Counted from the first letter of the stretch, positions 10,807-21,502 are shown. The stretch: 64,000 bases of DNA from an uncultured Mycoplasmatota bacterium (GCA_946402735.1 CAMIXH010000002.1:29080-93079); one strand, 5' to 3'. Numbers and translations: made by a program. Notes: generated by a model not told the origin, from the letters alone.

Positions 10807-11057
10807 TATTTTATTTCCTCCATAATACTTTTAAATTCTTCTAAACTATGTTCACCACATAATCTATTTACTTCTTTTCCATCTTTATAAAATATAAATA
10901 CTGGTAATATATTACCTGCATTATATTCTTCTATATCATCAAAATCATAATCAAGAACTTCTTCTTCAAAAGAATATTCATTTTTAATTTGATTATATAC
11001 TTTATTCATTATAATACAAGAAGGACATCCAAGTGAATTAATTTTAACTATTTTCAT
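10806..11057 (-). CDS. Small thioredoxin-family protein
   Basis: 83 aa with a CPSC active-site motif. It shares a start/stop overlap with the downstream CcdA-like gene. Confidence 0.7.
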   Translation of the reverse strand: MKIVKINSLGCPSCIIMNKVYNQIKNEYSFEEEVLDYDFDDIEEYNAGNILPVFIFYKDGKEVNRLCGEHSLEEFKSIMEEIK

Positions 11058-11815
11058 TATCTAAGTTTCCTTTCTTGTATATTATATATTATTTTAAGTA
11101 ACATTTTTCTAGGAGCAAATCTAACAAAGAATACACTTAATTTCATTCTAAGATTTGGAATAATTAATAGTTTATTCTTTTTTAATTTTTTTAATGTATA
11201 TTTTGTTACATATTCACTTGATAGTGATTTAACTCCAAAGTGAACGTGAGCTCTATCATTAAATCCAGTATCAGTTGGTCCTGGACAAAGTACACTTATT
11301 TTAACATTACTTTCTCTTCTTCTCAACTCTTCATATATAGCCATAGTTAAATTATAAACATAACTCTTAGTACTATAATATGTTGCCATTAGAGGCCCTG
11401 GTTCAAAAGCAGCAAGTGATGCTACATTTAATATTCTTCCTTCATCTTTTTTAATAAAATCATTTAAAAATAATTTAGTTAATATATGAACACAAACTAC
11501 ATTTAAGTTTATCATATTAAGTTCATTATCTAAAGATGTCTTAATGAAATCTCCACATTCACCAAAACCGGCATTATTAATTAGGAAATCTATTTTATTT
11601 TTATATTTATCATATATTTTATAAACATTCTTTTCTACACTTAAATCCATTACTTCTATTTGAACATCAGTTTTAATTTCATTTTTTAATGCTTCAAGAC
11701 TATCCTTATTTCTAGCAACTAAAACCAAATCATATCCTTCATCTGCTAAAAGATATGCAAAATCTCTACCAAGTCCACTAGATGCTCCTGTAATTAATGC
11801 CCTCACTCTAATCAC
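11057..11815 (-). CDS. Short-chain dehydrogenase/reductase (SDR)
   Basis: Has a TGASSGLG cofactor motif, NNAG, and a YxxxK-type catalytic region (YYSTKSY). Confidence 0.85.
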   Translation of the reverse strand: MIRVRALITGASSGLGRDFAYLLADEGYDLVLVARNKDSLEALKNEIKTDVQIEVMDLSVEKNVYKIYDKYKNKIDFLINNAGFGECGDFIKTSLDNELNMINLNVVCVHILTKLFLNDFIKKDEGRILNVASLAAFEPGPLMATYYSTKSYVYNLTMAIYEELRRRESNVKISVLCPGPTDTGFNDRAHVHFGVKSLSSEYVTKYTLKKLKKNKLLIIPNLRMKLSVFFVRFAPRKMLLKIIYNIQERKLR

Positions 11816-11858
11816 CTATTTTATTTTAACATACTTTTTTTCATAAAAAAAGAAGTTA

Positions 11859-13457
11859 CTATTTAGCAACTTCTTCAGCTCTTGTCTCACGAATTACAAC
11901 TACTTTAATAGTACCTGGATATTGCATAGTTTCTTCAATCTTATCTTTGATTTCTCTAGCAACTTTATAACTTGTTAAATCATCAATTTCTTCTGGTTTA
12001 ACAATTACTCTTAATTCTCTACCAGCTTGCATAGCAAATGTTTTTTCAACACCCTCTATTTCATTACCGATATTTTCTAAATCTTCAAGTCTCTTAACAT
12101 AATTTTCAAGTGAATCATTTCTTGCTCCAGGTCTAGCTGCACTTAATGTATCAGCTATTGCAACAAGTTCTGCAATAACACATTCTGCTTTCTTATCACC
12201 ATGATGTGATTCAATAGCATTTAATACTACTTTATCTTCATGGAACTTTTTAGCTATATCAGCACCTATTTCAACATGTGAACCATCTGTTTCAAAATCA
12301 ATAGCTTTACCTATATCATGAAGTAGTCCAGCACGTTTAGCAAGTAATACATTTTCACCAATTTCACTAGCAAGTAAACCAGTTAAATTAGCTACTTCTA
12401 TACTATGTTGTAATACATTTTGCCCATAACTTGTTCTAAAGCTTAATTTACCAATTAATTCAATTAATTCTGGATCAACTTTAGGAATTCCAAGTTTGAA
12501 TAATGCTTCTTCTCCTTTATCACGGATAAGCTTTTTATAATCTTCACAAACTTTATCATAAAGTTCTTCGATTCTTGCTGGATGGATACGTCCATCTTTA
12601 ATTAATGTTTCAAGTGTAACTTTAGCTATTTCTCTTCTAAGTGGATCAAAAGAAGATAGTACAATTACTTCAGGAGTATCATCAATAATTAAATCAACAC
12701 CAGTAACTGCTTCAATTGTTCTAATGTTTCTTCCTTCTCTACCAATTATTCTTCCTTTCATTTCATCATTAGGAAGTTCTACTACAGATACAGTTTGTTC
12801 ACTAGTAACATCATTAGCGTATCTTTCCATACTTGAAACTAAAATATCTTTAGCTTTCTTATCAGCTTCTAATTTAGCTTCATCTTCTCTTTCTTTAAGG
12901 TAAACAGATATTTCTCTACTCATATCTTCTTCTACCTTTTTCATTACAAGTTCTCTAGCTTTTTCCTTAGAAAAACCAGAGATTTTTTCTAAAAGATCAA
13001 TTTGTTCTTTTAGTAAACTCTCCATTTTTGCATCTTTTTCTTGAATTTCTTTTTGTTTTGCCAATAAATTTTTATCTTTTGCTTCTAGATTTTTTTCTCT
13101 TTCTGTTAATAACTCATCACGTTTATCTAGACTCTTTTCTCTGTTGTCGATTCTTGAACTTAAATCATTTAGTTCTTTTTTCTTTTCTCTGATTTCTTCA
13201 TCAGTTTGTTTTTTTAATTTATAACTTTCTTCTTTTAATTCCATGATGCCATCTCTTTTTGCTTTTTCAGCTTCTTTTTTTGCATCACGAATTAATTTAT
13301 CAGCTTCATTTTTTGCAGCATTTACTCTTAATTTATTAAATATAATAACTACTACTGCTCCAACGATTAATCCAATAACAACAAGCAAAATGGAGAAACT
13401 AGGACTCATTCCTTTTGGCATTTTCTCCATTATCTCTCTTTCTAGAAGTACACTCAC
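11859..13457 (-). CDS. rny: Ribonuclease Y
   Basis: Has an N-terminal TM, a long coiled coil, a KH domain (GRIIGREGRNIR) and an HD domain (LLHDIGKA). Confidence 0.92.
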   Translation of the reverse strand: MSVLLEREIMEKMPKGMSPSFSILLVVIGLIVGAVVVIIFNKLRVNAAKNEADKLIRDAKKEAEKAKRDGIMELKEESYKLKKQTDEEIREKKKELNDLSSRIDNREKSLDKRDELLTEREKNLEAKDKNLLAKQKEIQEKDAKMESLLKEQIDLLEKISGFSKEKARELVMKKVEEDMSREISVYLKEREDEAKLEADKKAKDILVSSMERYANDVTSEQTVSVVELPNDEMKGRIIGREGRNIRTIEAVTGVDLIIDDTPEVIVLSSFDPLRREIAKVTLETLIKDGRIHPARIEELYDKVCEDYKKLIRDKGEEALFKLGIPKVDPELIELIGKLSFRTSYGQNVLQHSIEVANLTGLLASEIGENVLLAKRAGLLHDIGKAIDFETDGSHVEIGADIAKKFHEDKVVLNAIESHHGDKKAECVIAELVAIADTLSAARPGARNDSLENYVKRLEDLENIGNEIEGVEKTFAMQAGRELRVIVKPEEIDDLTSYKVAREIKDKIEETMQYPGTIKVVVIRETRAEEVAK

Positions 13458-13540
13458 TTCTAATATTATTTTAATTATTTATTGCAATAAAGTCAACTCG
13501 ATTTTAGGTTTTTATTTAAATAAAAAAACTATTTTAAATA

Positions 13541-14758
13541 TTAAATAGTTTTTCTAATTTTTCTTCTTAATTTTATTATTTTTCTTACTCTTCTAACATA
13601 TAGTATTCTAATTACAAGTAGTATTATAATTAATGCTATTATGATAAATATTTTGTTAATCCATAAATATGATAATAAACTAAATGTTAGTGTTCCATCA
13701 TATAATAAATCAAAATGATCTAATTCTTTTCCATCATAGTTTATTGTAACTTCTCCAATTTTAGAACCCTTCTTTAGATTGTATACTATTGTATCTAATC
13801 CATCATATTTATATTCTATTTTTTCTTTATCAAAATCATTTTTTAAATATTTTTCAATACTAATACCAGAATAAATATTAATTTCTTTTTCTTTAGCATA
13901 CTTAGTTTTTAATGTTACAATTTTTGTATCTTCAGATACTATACTTTTATAACTATAATTACTATCAAAATAATTATATTCTTTTATATGATCAGATAAA
14001 TGTTGTCCTTTGGGATAAGCTCCTAAACTAACAAATAAATAATTAACATTATTTAGAGTTGCTGTTGTTGCTAAACAATACTTAGCATCATCATAATATC
14101 CTGTTTTAGCTCCAGTTATGTATGATATATCTTTATTTGTATATTGAGCAACCGATCTTTTAACAGTTTTTCCAGTTGTTAATGTATATTTTTTAGTACC
14201 AAATATTTTTTTAAATTTTGGATTCTTTAATGCATACATTAATATTTGTGCTAAATCATATGCACTACTATAATTATTCTTACTATCTTTTCCAATTACG
14301 TTATCAAACTTTGTATTTTTAAGTCCAAGTTCTTTTACTTTAGCGTTCATTTTTTTAATAAAAGCTTCTCTACTTCCACATGTATTAATAGCAAGTGCAT
14401 TTACTGCATCAGCTCCACTATCAAGAAGTGCGCTATATAGTAAATCATCATATGTAAGTTTTTCTCCAACTTTAAAACCAGTAACATGAATATCCCAAGA
14501 AATATCATCAAATACTTTACTTGTTATTGTTACCTTATCATCAAATTTATCTATATTTTCTATTGCAATAATAACTGTCATTATTTTAGTTAATGACGCT
14601 ATATTTACTTCTTTATTTGGATCTTTTGAATCAATAATAGTATTATCATTTAGATTATATAAAATATAGTTTTTACTACTAAGATTAATCTCAGAAGCAA
14701 AAACTATATCAAATAGCAATAGAATAACTAATAAAATTTTACTTATTCTTTCTACCAT
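13541..14758 (-). CDS. D-alanyl-D-alanine carboxypeptidase (PBP5/DacA-type) with a C-terminal membrane anchor
   Basis: Has the SxxK motif (ASLTKIMT), a SGAD region, the KTG motif (GAKTGYY) and a C-terminal TM with a basic tail. Confidence 0.85.
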   Translation of the reverse strand: MVERISKILLVILLLFDIVFASEINLSSKNYILYNLNDNTIIDSKDPNKEVNIASLTKIMTVIIAIENIDKFDDKVTITSKVFDDISWDIHVTGFKVGEKLTYDDLLYSALLDSGADAVNALAINTCGSREAFIKKMNAKVKELGLKNTKFDNVIGKDSKNNYSSAYDLAQILMYALKNPKFKKIFGTKKYTLTTGKTVKRSVAQYTNKDISYITGAKTGYYDDAKYCLATTATLNNVNYLFVSLGAYPKGQHLSDHIKEYNYFDSNYSYKSIVSEDTKIVTLKTKYAKEKEINIYSGISIEKYLKNDFDKEKIEYKYDGLDTIVYNLKKGSKIGEVTINYDGKELDHFDLLYDGTLTFSLLSYLWINKIFIIIALIIILLVIRILYVRRVRKIIKLRRKIRKTI

Positions 14759-15182
14759 ATTTTTTCTTTTCTTCCATCATAAATGATGTTATAACTGTTT
14801 CAATATCAACAGCACCTTCTGGTGATAAGTTAGATATATAAACATTTTCTTTAATAGTATCTATTTCTATATCACTCCATATAAGATTATTTCTTACTTT
14901 TAAATCATTATACATATCTGGTGTTATTGCTGTAAAAAAGTATCCCCATAATAATCTTTTCTGTCCAATTATTATTCTCTTATTAGTAAGTGCTACTACG
15001 CATGAATTAATAAACATAAGTGAACTATAATTCTTTTGACCACAAAAAGCATATAATAACTTTTCATCTGGATTAATATGTTTTTGAACTACACTAGCAT
15101 GTTGTTTTAATCTAAATGCTACAGTTCCCTTAAATTTAGTTTTAAATTTTTTTACTAATTTATAAACACTTTTTTCTTTCAT
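14739..15182 (-). CDS. Hypothetical protein, possibly a bacterial PH-domain (YokE-like) protein
   Basis: 147-aa ORF overlapping the carboxypeptidase start by 20 nt. The assignment rests on weak pattern resemblance only. Confidence 0.5.
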   Translation of the reverse strand: MKEKSVYKLVKKFKTKFKGTVAFRLKQHASVVQKHINPDEKLLYAFCGQKNYSSLMFINSCVVALTNKRIIIGQKRLLWGYFFTAITPDMYNDLKVRNNLIWSDIEIDTIKENVYISNLSPEGAVDIETVITSFMMEEKKKYGRKNK

Positions 15183-15240
15183 AACATCACTTTCCTAACA
15201 ACGTTATTATAAAACATATAGTTTTATTTGTCATCTTTTA

Positions 15241-15789
15241 TTACATATTCTTTATAATGTTCTTAATTATTATATTAATAGATTCAATTACAAAATTATA
15301 ATTATTTCTATTAAACTCATCTAATATTTCATTAATATCTTCATGAATTCTATCAAGTATTTCTTGATTTAATTCATTATTATCATAAACATATATTATA
15401 GAATTAATATATTCAATAAAATTATTTGATACTTTAATTGTAACAAATGTTTTATTCTTATAAGCTATTTTATCTATGAATCCCATAGTTGCTTTTTTAA
15501 TAATATCACTATTAGCTTTTTTAGCTACATATTCATTTATAATCTTTTCATAATTAGCAAGTAAATTAATATAATTATCTATTACTTCTTCATTAGAATC
15601 ATTTAAATGATTAATTAAATTTTCATCTAAATTCTTAGCAATTATTTCATCATTCATTGGTATTTTATATTTTTTAAATATATTAACTAATCTTGTTACT
15701 AATCTATTTTTAAAAGCAGCAAACAAAAAACTATTATCAACGATAATATTATTTCCATTTTCCCTAATTGTCTGCATTACACTATTCAT
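15241..15789 (-). CDS. Hypothetical protein
   Basis: 182-aa helical, Asn/Ile-rich ORF with no motif recognised. Confidence 0.55.
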   Translation of the reverse strand: MNSVMQTIRENGNNIIVDNSFLFAAFKNRLVTRLVNIFKKYKIPMNDEIIAKNLDENLINHLNDSNEEVIDNYINLLANYEKIINEYVAKKANSDIIKKATMGFIDKIAYKNKTFVTIKVSNNFIEYINSIIYVYDNNELNQEILDRIHEDINEILDEFNRNNYNFVIESINIIIKNIIKNM

Positions 15790-15886
15790 ATTATTAATTA
15801 TAACAACATTTTACTAGTAAATATATCGTTTACAACTAACTTAACACATACTTTACTTTTATTATCTTTAGTGATATCATTTAATT

Positions 15887-16219
15887 ATGATAGATAAGAA
15901 AAAGTTATTACAATTAGAACAAGACTATGAGATAGGATTTTCAGAAATAGTTAAATATTATACTCTTCTTATGAATATCCCTTGTGTTCAAAGAGGAGGA
16001 GAAGATAGATGTCTAGAATGTTTAGAAACATTAATTCAAGATAGAGTCAGTGTTGAATTTAAACAAAAAGAAACAGCACAATTTGGAGTAATTGATGAGT
16101 ATAAGAGTTTTGACTATTCTATGTCTGATGCTTTATATAGAATTTATGAGGAAGAATCACTTCCATTCCTTTGTGAAGAATATAAAGAAGCATTAGGTTA
16201 TAGTGATTTCTCATTATAA
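15887..16219 (+). CDS. Hypothetical protein
   Basis: 110-aa acidic ORF, followed by a bidirectional hairpin (AAAAAAAGATAGC..GCTATCTTTT) at about 16236-16262. Confidence 0.55.
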   Translation: MIDKKKLLQLEQDYEIGFSEIVKYYTLLMNIPCVQRGGEDRCLECLETLIQDRVSVEFKQKETAQFGVIDEYKSFDYSMSDALYRIYEEESLPFLCEEYKEALGYSDFSL

Positions 16220-16256
16220 AAATTATTGTAATAAAAAAAGATAGCTTAGCTATCTT

Positions 16257-16751
16257 TTATTTTGCCTCTCTTGCTTCACTGAATATTGCTTGATATGATC
16301 CGTTTGGCAAATCTTCCATATTGTCTATATGACCTATTTTCTTATATTGATTATAACCAACAAAATCTGTTGTTGCGATTACTACACATGAGTCCCCATA
16401 TATTAATAAATCACCTTTCTCAATATTCTTTGGTTTATCAGAATCTCCATCAAACTTAAAATATACGCAGCCTTTCTTTTTATTAGTTCCATCATCACCC
16501 ATTTGAACTGATAATGGGAAATTACTAATGAAATTTTGAGATGCATAAGAAATTACAGTGTGTGCTTTGTAATATTTTCCGTTTAATTTAATTTGAATAT
16601 CCGGAAGTGTTCCAATATCTTTTATAGCATCTTCATATGTTTGCTCTCTTCCATTATTAACAATATTTTTTAAAAATACATATCCACCTATTATAAGTCC
16701 TACGAATACAATAAAGGCTATTGCTGTTGGTACAGTATTTGATCTATCCAT
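16257..16751 (-). CDS. Membrane-anchored hypothetical protein (possibly a cyclophilin-like fold)
   Basis: Has an N-terminal TM. The C-terminal GDLLIYGDSCVVIA pattern resembles cyclophilin-like DUF proteins. Weak assignment. Confidence 0.5.
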   Translation of the reverse strand: MDRSNTVPTAIAFIVFVGLIIGGYVFLKNIVNNGREQTYEDAIKDIGTLPDIQIKLNGKYYKAHTVISYASQNFISNFPLSVQMGDDGTNKKKGCVYFKFDGDSDKPKNIEKGDLLIYGDSCVVIATTDFVGYNQYKKIGHIDNMEDLPNGSYQAIFSEAREAK

Positions 16752-16862
16752 ACTTATCTCCTACCTTCATATTATTATTTTAGCATAATTATTTTATAAA
16801 TATTTTAAAAAAAATTAAATATTTACACTTTATTTATATTTATACCAAATAAAAAAGACTAA

Positions 16863-17528
16863 TTATTTAGTCTTTTTATAGTAATATCCTAATTGATAAT
16901 AAGATACTAATGTAAGTGAAATAATTACTCCACCAATAATATCACTAATCCAATGAACTCCAGAAATAATTCTTAATAATAGTACTAATCCAGTTAATAT
17001 AATTGTTACTAAATTAATCTTTTTGATATATTGTTTATTAAAATATTTCTTACTTGTTATTAATGAACTAAAGCAAATGCATAAAGCAAGTATTGTATGA
17101 CTTGATGGATAAGATGCTTCAAGTACTCCATCCATTAAAACTGGTCTATAATTTATTTCTATTTTTTCAAATAATACATAAACTACTAACATTAATACAT
17201 AAAAGCAACCTAGTTTAATTATTTCTTTATCAACCTTTAATAAACTCTTTCTCTTAATTAATTGATATAATCCAATACATCCATATATTACTACTAGAAG
17301 CATTACTAAGTATCCTAGTACTTCACTAATTTTATAGATTGTCATATTAGATCCAAGTAAATTATGAATTGCTTTATTCAAAGCAGCAAATCCAACTTCA
17401 CTTCCATTTGGACCTATTGGTTTAACATCTACAAACTTAACAAGTAATGTATATATAATAGATAGTAATGTAAAACCACCAGCTATTATAATATTCTTTT
17501 TATTTTCTTTCATATAATTCACACTCAC
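16863..17528 (-). CDS. PAP2-family phosphatase (membrane)
   Basis: PAP2 motifs are present (YRP...., YPSSHT, SGVHWISD) within a polytopic protein. Confidence 0.8.
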   Translation of the reverse strand: MSVNYMKENKKNIIIAGGFTLLSIIYTLLVKFVDVKPIGPNGSEVGFAALNKAIHNLLGSNMTIYKISEVLGYLVMLLVVIYGCIGLYQLIKRKSLLKVDKEIIKLGCFYVLMLVVYVLFEKIEINYRPVLMDGVLEASYPSSHTILALCICFSSLITSKKYFNKQYIKKINLVTIILTGLVLLLRIISGVHWISDIIGGVIISLTLVSYYQLGYYYKKTK

Positions 17529-17545
17529 TCTACTATAAAATTATA

Positions 17546-18217
17546 TCACATTTTAATTAATTCACAAAGTAATATTACTCTTTTATTTTTTTGACCTTTC
17601 TTACATGTAGATAGAATAAGCATTTTCTTTATATTACCATTTTTACCCATTAAATATTTATATATTTTTTTATTATAATTATTTTTATATAAGTATAAAT
17701 TATATGGAATATCATCATTTTCATTTACCTCTTTATACATTATTATATTTATATCATATTCTGTTTCACCTATTAATAGTTTTCCTTTATTATGAGTATC
17801 AAAATATGATTTGTTTTTATAATACTTTAATTCTGAAAACATTATTCTATATGACATATTATGACCATATATAATAGAAAAATCATCTTTTAATTCTTTA
17901 TTGTTTCTATAATCTAAAAATATACTTCCAGAACTACTATATTCATTTTTATAATTTAAAGTTAAATAGTCTGTATTATTCTTTCCTTGTACAATTGGAT
18001 AATTAATAATTGTATTATATATTTTAATATAACCAATTATGTTTTTATTATCATATTCTCCTTTTATAATTGGTTCATATAATTTTGATTCTTCTTGTGT
18101 TTTTATTTCACTATAAATTGGTAATAAATCATATAGACAATATAAGCCTAAAAACAGGACTATTAAGATAAATAATACTATTATTCCATTAAATAACTTA
18201 TCTATTAATAAAATCAT
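17546..18217 (-). CDS. srtB: Class B sortase
   Basis: Has an N-terminal TM, INYPIVQGKNNTDYL, SIFLDYRNN, IIYGHNM and the catalytic LILSTC. Confidence 0.8.
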   Translation of the reverse strand: MILLIDKLFNGIIVLFILIVLFLGLYCLYDLLPIYSEIKTQEESKLYEPIIKGEYDNKNIIGYIKIYNTIINYPIVQGKNNTDYLTLNYKNEYSSSGSIFLDYRNNKELKDDFSIIYGHNMSYRIMFSELKYYKNKSYFDTHNKGKLLIGETEYDINIIMYKEVNENDDIPYNLYLYKNNYNKKIYKYLMGKNGNIKKMLILSTCKKGQKNKRVILLCELIKM

Positions 18218-18667
18218 TTAAAAGTCTCTTATTTGCAGTCTAAATACGAGTTTACCAGATATATTATTTTTATCTATTAAACCAAAGTTTTTAGAATCAT
18301 TTATATTATTAATTAAAAACAATTCATTCTCTTTAATAGTATATGGATATTCATAATTATATTCTACTGATTCAAAAGATATATCATTATCAATATATAT
18401 TCTATTACCTTTATTATTTATTACTTGTCCATTAGTTCCTACTACTCTATATATTGTATTATTATAAAAAACTATATCATTATTTTGATAATCATTTTCA
18501 AGTTTATAATATATTAAAAAATCATGTGGATTTATATTAATACTTTTATAATCTATACTTTTTACAATATATATACCAAATACATACTTATTAAATAAAA
18601 ATATTATTAAAGATATTATTACTATTTTTATAATTAAAAATATAATATTCTTTTTATTTGTTAGCAT
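18218..18667 (-). CDS. Signal-peptidase-I-like protein, probably non-catalytic (SipA/LepA-type pilus assembly factor)
   Basis: Has an N-terminal TM. The box-D-like segment reads IYRVVG where KRxxG is expected, so the catalytic Lys is missing. A box-E-like segment reads NDSKNFGLIDKNNISGKLVFR. It sits between the pilin and sortase genes. Confidence 0.5.
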   Translation of the reverse strand: MLTNKKNIIFLIIKIVIISLIIFLFNKYVFGIYIVKSIDYKSININPHDFLIYYKLENDYQNNDIVFYNNTIYRVVGTNGQVINNKGNRIYIDNDISFESVEYNYEYPYTIKENELFLINNINDSKNFGLIDKNNISGKLVFRLQIRDF

Positions 18668-19691
18668 ATTTTTTTCTTGTTAATACAAATAAAACTAATC
18701 CCATTAATACCAAAATTAAATATGGAAATATATTACTAACTACTCCAGTAAATGTAATTCTTTCATAATTATTAACGAATTCATTAATATTTTCTTCACT
18801 AATATGTGATAATTTTTCTACACTTAATAATTTATTATCATCAGTAGAATTATTAATATATGTTTTATAATTTTCATGATCTACTTCTTCAATTGTATAT
18901 GATGTTCCTGCTTTTATTTGAGGACTTTCTCCATCACCAATTGTTACACTTTGACCATGTTTTAAATAAATATAATTATCCTCATTTGGATTATAAGTAC
19001 TACTAGTTATTACTTCTTCTCCATTATATAAAACACTAGCATCTTGATTCTTGATAACTACATTCTCTAAAGTATCATCATTTATTGTTATTTTGAATTT
19101 AAAATATTCATCTTTATCTGCCATATCACCAGTAACTAAATTATTGATTGTTATATAACTCATTGGTCTAGAATTAAATACTGCATCAGTTTTATTTTCT
19201 CCATCAGAAACACTACTTATAAGTGTCGCGATTAAATTACCTGTTGGAGTATTACCATTTAATTCATATCTTACCATTACAAGTGGATAATAACATTTAT
19301 TATCTATTGGATAAATACTAGGATTACTAGATGAAACTTCACATATTTTTAAATAGTAATCTCCTACTTTACTAAAAGTTAAACTACTAAGATCTAAACT
19401 ACTAGTAACACTAGCTACATTATTTACTGGTTCAACATTATTAAATGTAATTGAAAAATCTTCATTTATTCCTGTAATACTTCCTGGATTTTCACTCCTT
19501 TCTTCAGTAATCTTATAATTGAAAGTAGCATTTACACTTGATATAACATTATTAACATTTTTAGTTATATTGATACTCTTTAATTCTGAAGTATCATTAA
19601 TAGTTGTAGTTGCTGCTTTAGCACTAATTATGTATATACAAGATGTAATAATTATAAATAACCCCCTTATTATTTTCTTCATATTTATCAT
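18654..19691 (-). CDS. Pilin-like cell-wall-sorted surface protein (sorting motif ITFTG)
   Basis: Has a signal peptide and beta-rich Ig-like content (FNYKITEE, YYLKICE). The C-terminus reads ITFTG (18744-18758), then a hydrophobic stretch, then TRKKYANK. Confidence 0.6.
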   Translation of the reverse strand: MINMKKIIRGLFIIITSCIYIISAKAATTTINDTSELKSINITKNVNNVISSVNATFNYKITEERSENPGSITGINEDFSITFNNVEPVNNVASVTSSLDLSSLTFSKVGDYYLKICEVSSSNPSIYPIDNKCYYPLVMVRYELNGNTPTGNLIATLISSVSDGENKTDAVFNSRPMSYITINNLVTGDMADKDEYFKFKITINDDTLENVVIKNQDASVLYNGEEVITSSTYNPNEDNYIYLKHGQSVTIGDGESPQIKAGTSYTIEEVDHENYKTYINNSTDDNKLLSVEKLSHISEENINEFVNNYERITFTGVVSNIFPYLILVLMGLVLFVLTRKKYANK

Positions 19692-19855
19692 TTTAATTCC
19701 TCCTTAAATTATTATTTTAAGGATACAAAAAAACAAGTGAAAACAAAATGTATCCTATGCTCCACTTGTATGAAAATTAAATTTTAATTTTTGTTAACCT
19801 GTTTATTTACCACAAACATTATAACAAAGAATTATTATTTGTAAAGACTTTTTTA

Positions 19856-20581
19856 TTATTTATTATCACTAACCATTTTTCTTTTAAATACTATTATTGA
19901 AAGTATTACTACTATTATAGTATATACTCCAAAAACAATTATATTTCTTGTTAGTATTTCACTATTATTAAGTACACCTCTAATAATATTTAATGCACTT
20001 TCAAAAGGTAATATTTCACATATAGTAGCAAATCCCTTTCCCACTAAATCTTTTGAAAAATACATTCCACTTGTAAAACTAACTAATTGAACAATTATAC
20101 TTCCAACACCACCAGATGCTTTTTCACTTACTAAACTTCCAATTAGTATTCCAAATGATATAAATAATATTGATATAACTAATGATATTAATATTGTATA
20201 AATTATATTAATTGAAAAAGAAAGTCCCATTAGTAATGCTACTATAAAGAATAATATATCTTGTATTAATATAATAGGTATTAAAGATAAAATATATCCT
20301 AAAATATAATCACTTGATTTCATAGGTGATGTTCCAAGTCTAATCAATAAAGATGAACCTCTATCTTTAGCAATTAGAGTTGAAGTAAATAATGTAATAA
20401 AAGAAAAACCAAATAATATAATTCCTGGAGTAAAATTTTCTAACATATATTCTTCACCTGGTACTTTTATTTGTTGAAATATAAATAACAAGAATATTGG
20501 TAATGCTATTTCAAATATTAAACTAAGAGGATCTCTTACTAATTCTTTAAAATTTCTTTTTGCGAAATTTAACATTCTCAT
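19856..20581 (-). CDS. ABC-2 type transporter permease
   Basis: 241 aa with six predicted TM segments, translationally coupled to the upstream ATPase. Confidence 0.8.
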   Translation of the reverse strand: MRMLNFAKRNFKELVRDPLSLIFEIALPIFLLFIFQQIKVPGEEYMLENFTPGIILFGFSFITLFTSTLIAKDRGSSLLIRLGTSPMKSSDYILGYILSLIPIILIQDILFFIVALLMGLSFSINIIYTILISLVISILFISFGILIGSLVSEKASGGVGSIIVQLVSFTSGMYFSKDLVGKGFATICEILPFESALNIIRGVLNNSEILTRNIIVFGVYTIIVVILSIIVFKRKMVSDNK

Positions 20582-21315
20582 TATAATTCACCTCCTGTTG
20601 CTATTTGAATAAATGCATCTTCAAATGATTTAGTTTTAGTCTTTTTAATAAGTTCTTTAGAAGTACCAATATCAATTAAATTACCATTTGCCATTATACC
20701 AATTCTATCAGATAAACTTTCTGCTTCTTCCATATAATGTGTTGTTAAAATAATAGTAATTTTACCTTTTAAAGATGATATTATTTTCCATAATTCTTTT
20801 CTTGCTATTACATCTAATCCTAATGTTGGTTCATCCAAAAATAATATCTTAGGATCATTTATTAAACTAATTGCAATTGATACTTTTCTTTGCCATCCAC
20901 CAGATAATGTTTTAGCTTTTTTATTTAATACTTCTTCTAATTTAAATAATTTTATTAATTCTTTTATTTTGTTATCTTTATTTTTTATTTGATATACTCC
21001 TGCCATAAACTCTAAATTTTCTTTAACAGATAAATTAGGAGCAATAGCTGTTTCTTGAGGAGATACATTTAATATTTCTTTTATCTTTAATGTATCTTTT
21101 TTCATATTCATATTTTCTATTGTAATACTACCTTCAGTTGGAAGAATTAATCCAGATAACATCTTAATAGTTGTTGTTTTACCAGCTCCATTTACTCCTA
21201 AAAGAGCAAATAATTCACCCTCTTTTATTTGTAAATTCATATGATTAACAGCTATTTTATCTTTATATTTTTTTGTTAAGTTTTTAGTTTCTATTGAATA
21301 CATATTATTTACCAC
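20581..21315 (-). CDS. ABC transporter ATP-binding protein
   Basis: Has Walker A (GVNGAGKTT), the signature LSGGWQRK and Walker B (ILFLDEPT). Confidence 0.9.
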   Translation of the reverse strand: MVNNMYSIETKNLTKKYKDKIAVNHMNLQIKEGELFALLGVNGAGKTTTIKMLSGLILPTEGSITIENMNMKKDTLKIKEILNVSPQETAIAPNLSVKENLEFMAGVYQIKNKDNKIKELIKLFKLEEVLNKKAKTLSGGWQRKVSIAISLINDPKILFLDEPTLGLDVIARKELWKIISSLKGKITIILTTHYMEEAESLSDRIGIMANGNLIDIGTSKELIKKTKTKSFEDAFIQIATGGEL

Positions 21316-21502
21316 TTGGCATTATCTTATCAAATGTATCTTCAAATGTATCTGGTTTAACAATTGCCATTCCTTTCTCCTTATCACATAATACTACTAC
21401 AGTATCACCAGGTTTAATATCAAACATATCTCTTGCTTCTTTAGGTATAACTATTTGTCCTTTTTCACCAACTCTAGCTATACCAATAAATTTATTTTTC
21501 AT
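21305..21502 (-). CDS. AbrB/MazE/SpoVT-family DNA-binding protein
   Basis: 65 aa. GQIVIPKEARDMFDIKPGDTVVV is the looped-hinge-helix pattern. It is the first gene of the ABC operon. Confidence 0.7.
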   Translation of the reverse strand: MKNKFIGIARVGEKGQIVIPKEARDMFDIKPGDTVVVLCDKEKGMAIVKPDTFEDTFDKIMPSGK

